Below are positions 63,921 through 64,000 of a stretch of 64,000 nt of DNA, piece after piece. The notes under the pieces were generated by a model. It saw only the letters and a program-made list of their open reading frames with translations. It did no database searches and was not told where the DNA came from. The stretch is taken from the NCBI GenBank assembly GCA_017549445.1, contig JAFYUU010000019.1, positions 1,114-65,113 of the forward strand, written 5' to 3'. Every line of letters starts with the position of its first letter. Positions within the stretch are counted from its first letter, which is position 1. The stretch comes from Alphaproteobacteria bacterium. Lineage in GTDB: Bacteria > Pseudomonadota > Alphaproteobacteria > Rs-D84. Made by a program: the position numbers and the translations under genes.

Positions 63921-63944
63921 AATCCCCCGGTTGGGGGATTTTTA
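63921..63944. terminator. bidirectional terminator
   Basis: AATCCCCC-GGTT-GGGGGATT flanked by AAAAA and TTTT. Confidence 0.7.
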
Positions 63945-64000
63945 TTGGTTAATGTTGGCGATGGTTGCGGGCCACGTTGAATATAGTTGGCGTCAGCATA

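Noticed and set aside
63949-64000. Possible 3' end of a convergent minus-strand gene (...TIFNVARNHRQH*, stop at 63951-63949) using the bidirectional terminator.
   Set aside because: Only about 16 codons lie inside the window, too few to support a call.

Overview
64-kb chromosomal window, probably from a moderately low-GC alphaproteobacterium. That assignment is an inference from a circularly permuted two-piece ssrA, ihfB and a dac-holB-tatD gene order. Most of the window is housekeeping: accD (partial, absent from the ORF track), ihfB, a peroxiredoxin, an AmiC-like amidase, prfB with its +1 frameshift, rubrerythrin, obg, ssrA, tsaB, rimI, trpS, a Xer recombinase, rpsD, dnaK, rplY, rpoZ, mtaB, a PBP5-like carboxypeptidase, holB and tatD. 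There are 4 intact tRNAs. Four regions stand out. (1) A ~10.06-kb integrative island (6478..16542) is inserted in the anticodon loop of a chromosomal tRNA-Arg(CCG). Both halves of that tRNA are left broken, and the island carries its own intact tRNA-Arg(CCG). Its AT-rich cargo is a UvrD-like helicase with a nuclease-like insert and zinc ribbon, plus a divergent KAP-family membrane NTPase split at an A7 tract. (2) A lower-GC, translationally coupled cassette next to tRNA-Ser(GGA) encodes Nudix, a B12-binding radical SAM, a SPASM radical SAM and an adenosine-deaminase-fold hydrolase. A Tmk-like kinase converges on it. I cannot match it to any pathway I know, so it is my top candidate for a novel nucleotide-modifying system. 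(3) A 2428-aa secreted protein combines Listeria/Bacteroides-type repeats with roughly 1000 aa of eukaryote-like Cys-rich tandem repeats. (4) A translationally coupled secreted pair combines a glycine-zipper protein with an 1136-aa Cys-rich transmembrane protein carrying HExxH. No CRISPR array, rRNA, transposase or reverse transcriptase was seen. All functional calls come from reading motifs in the translations; no database search was run.
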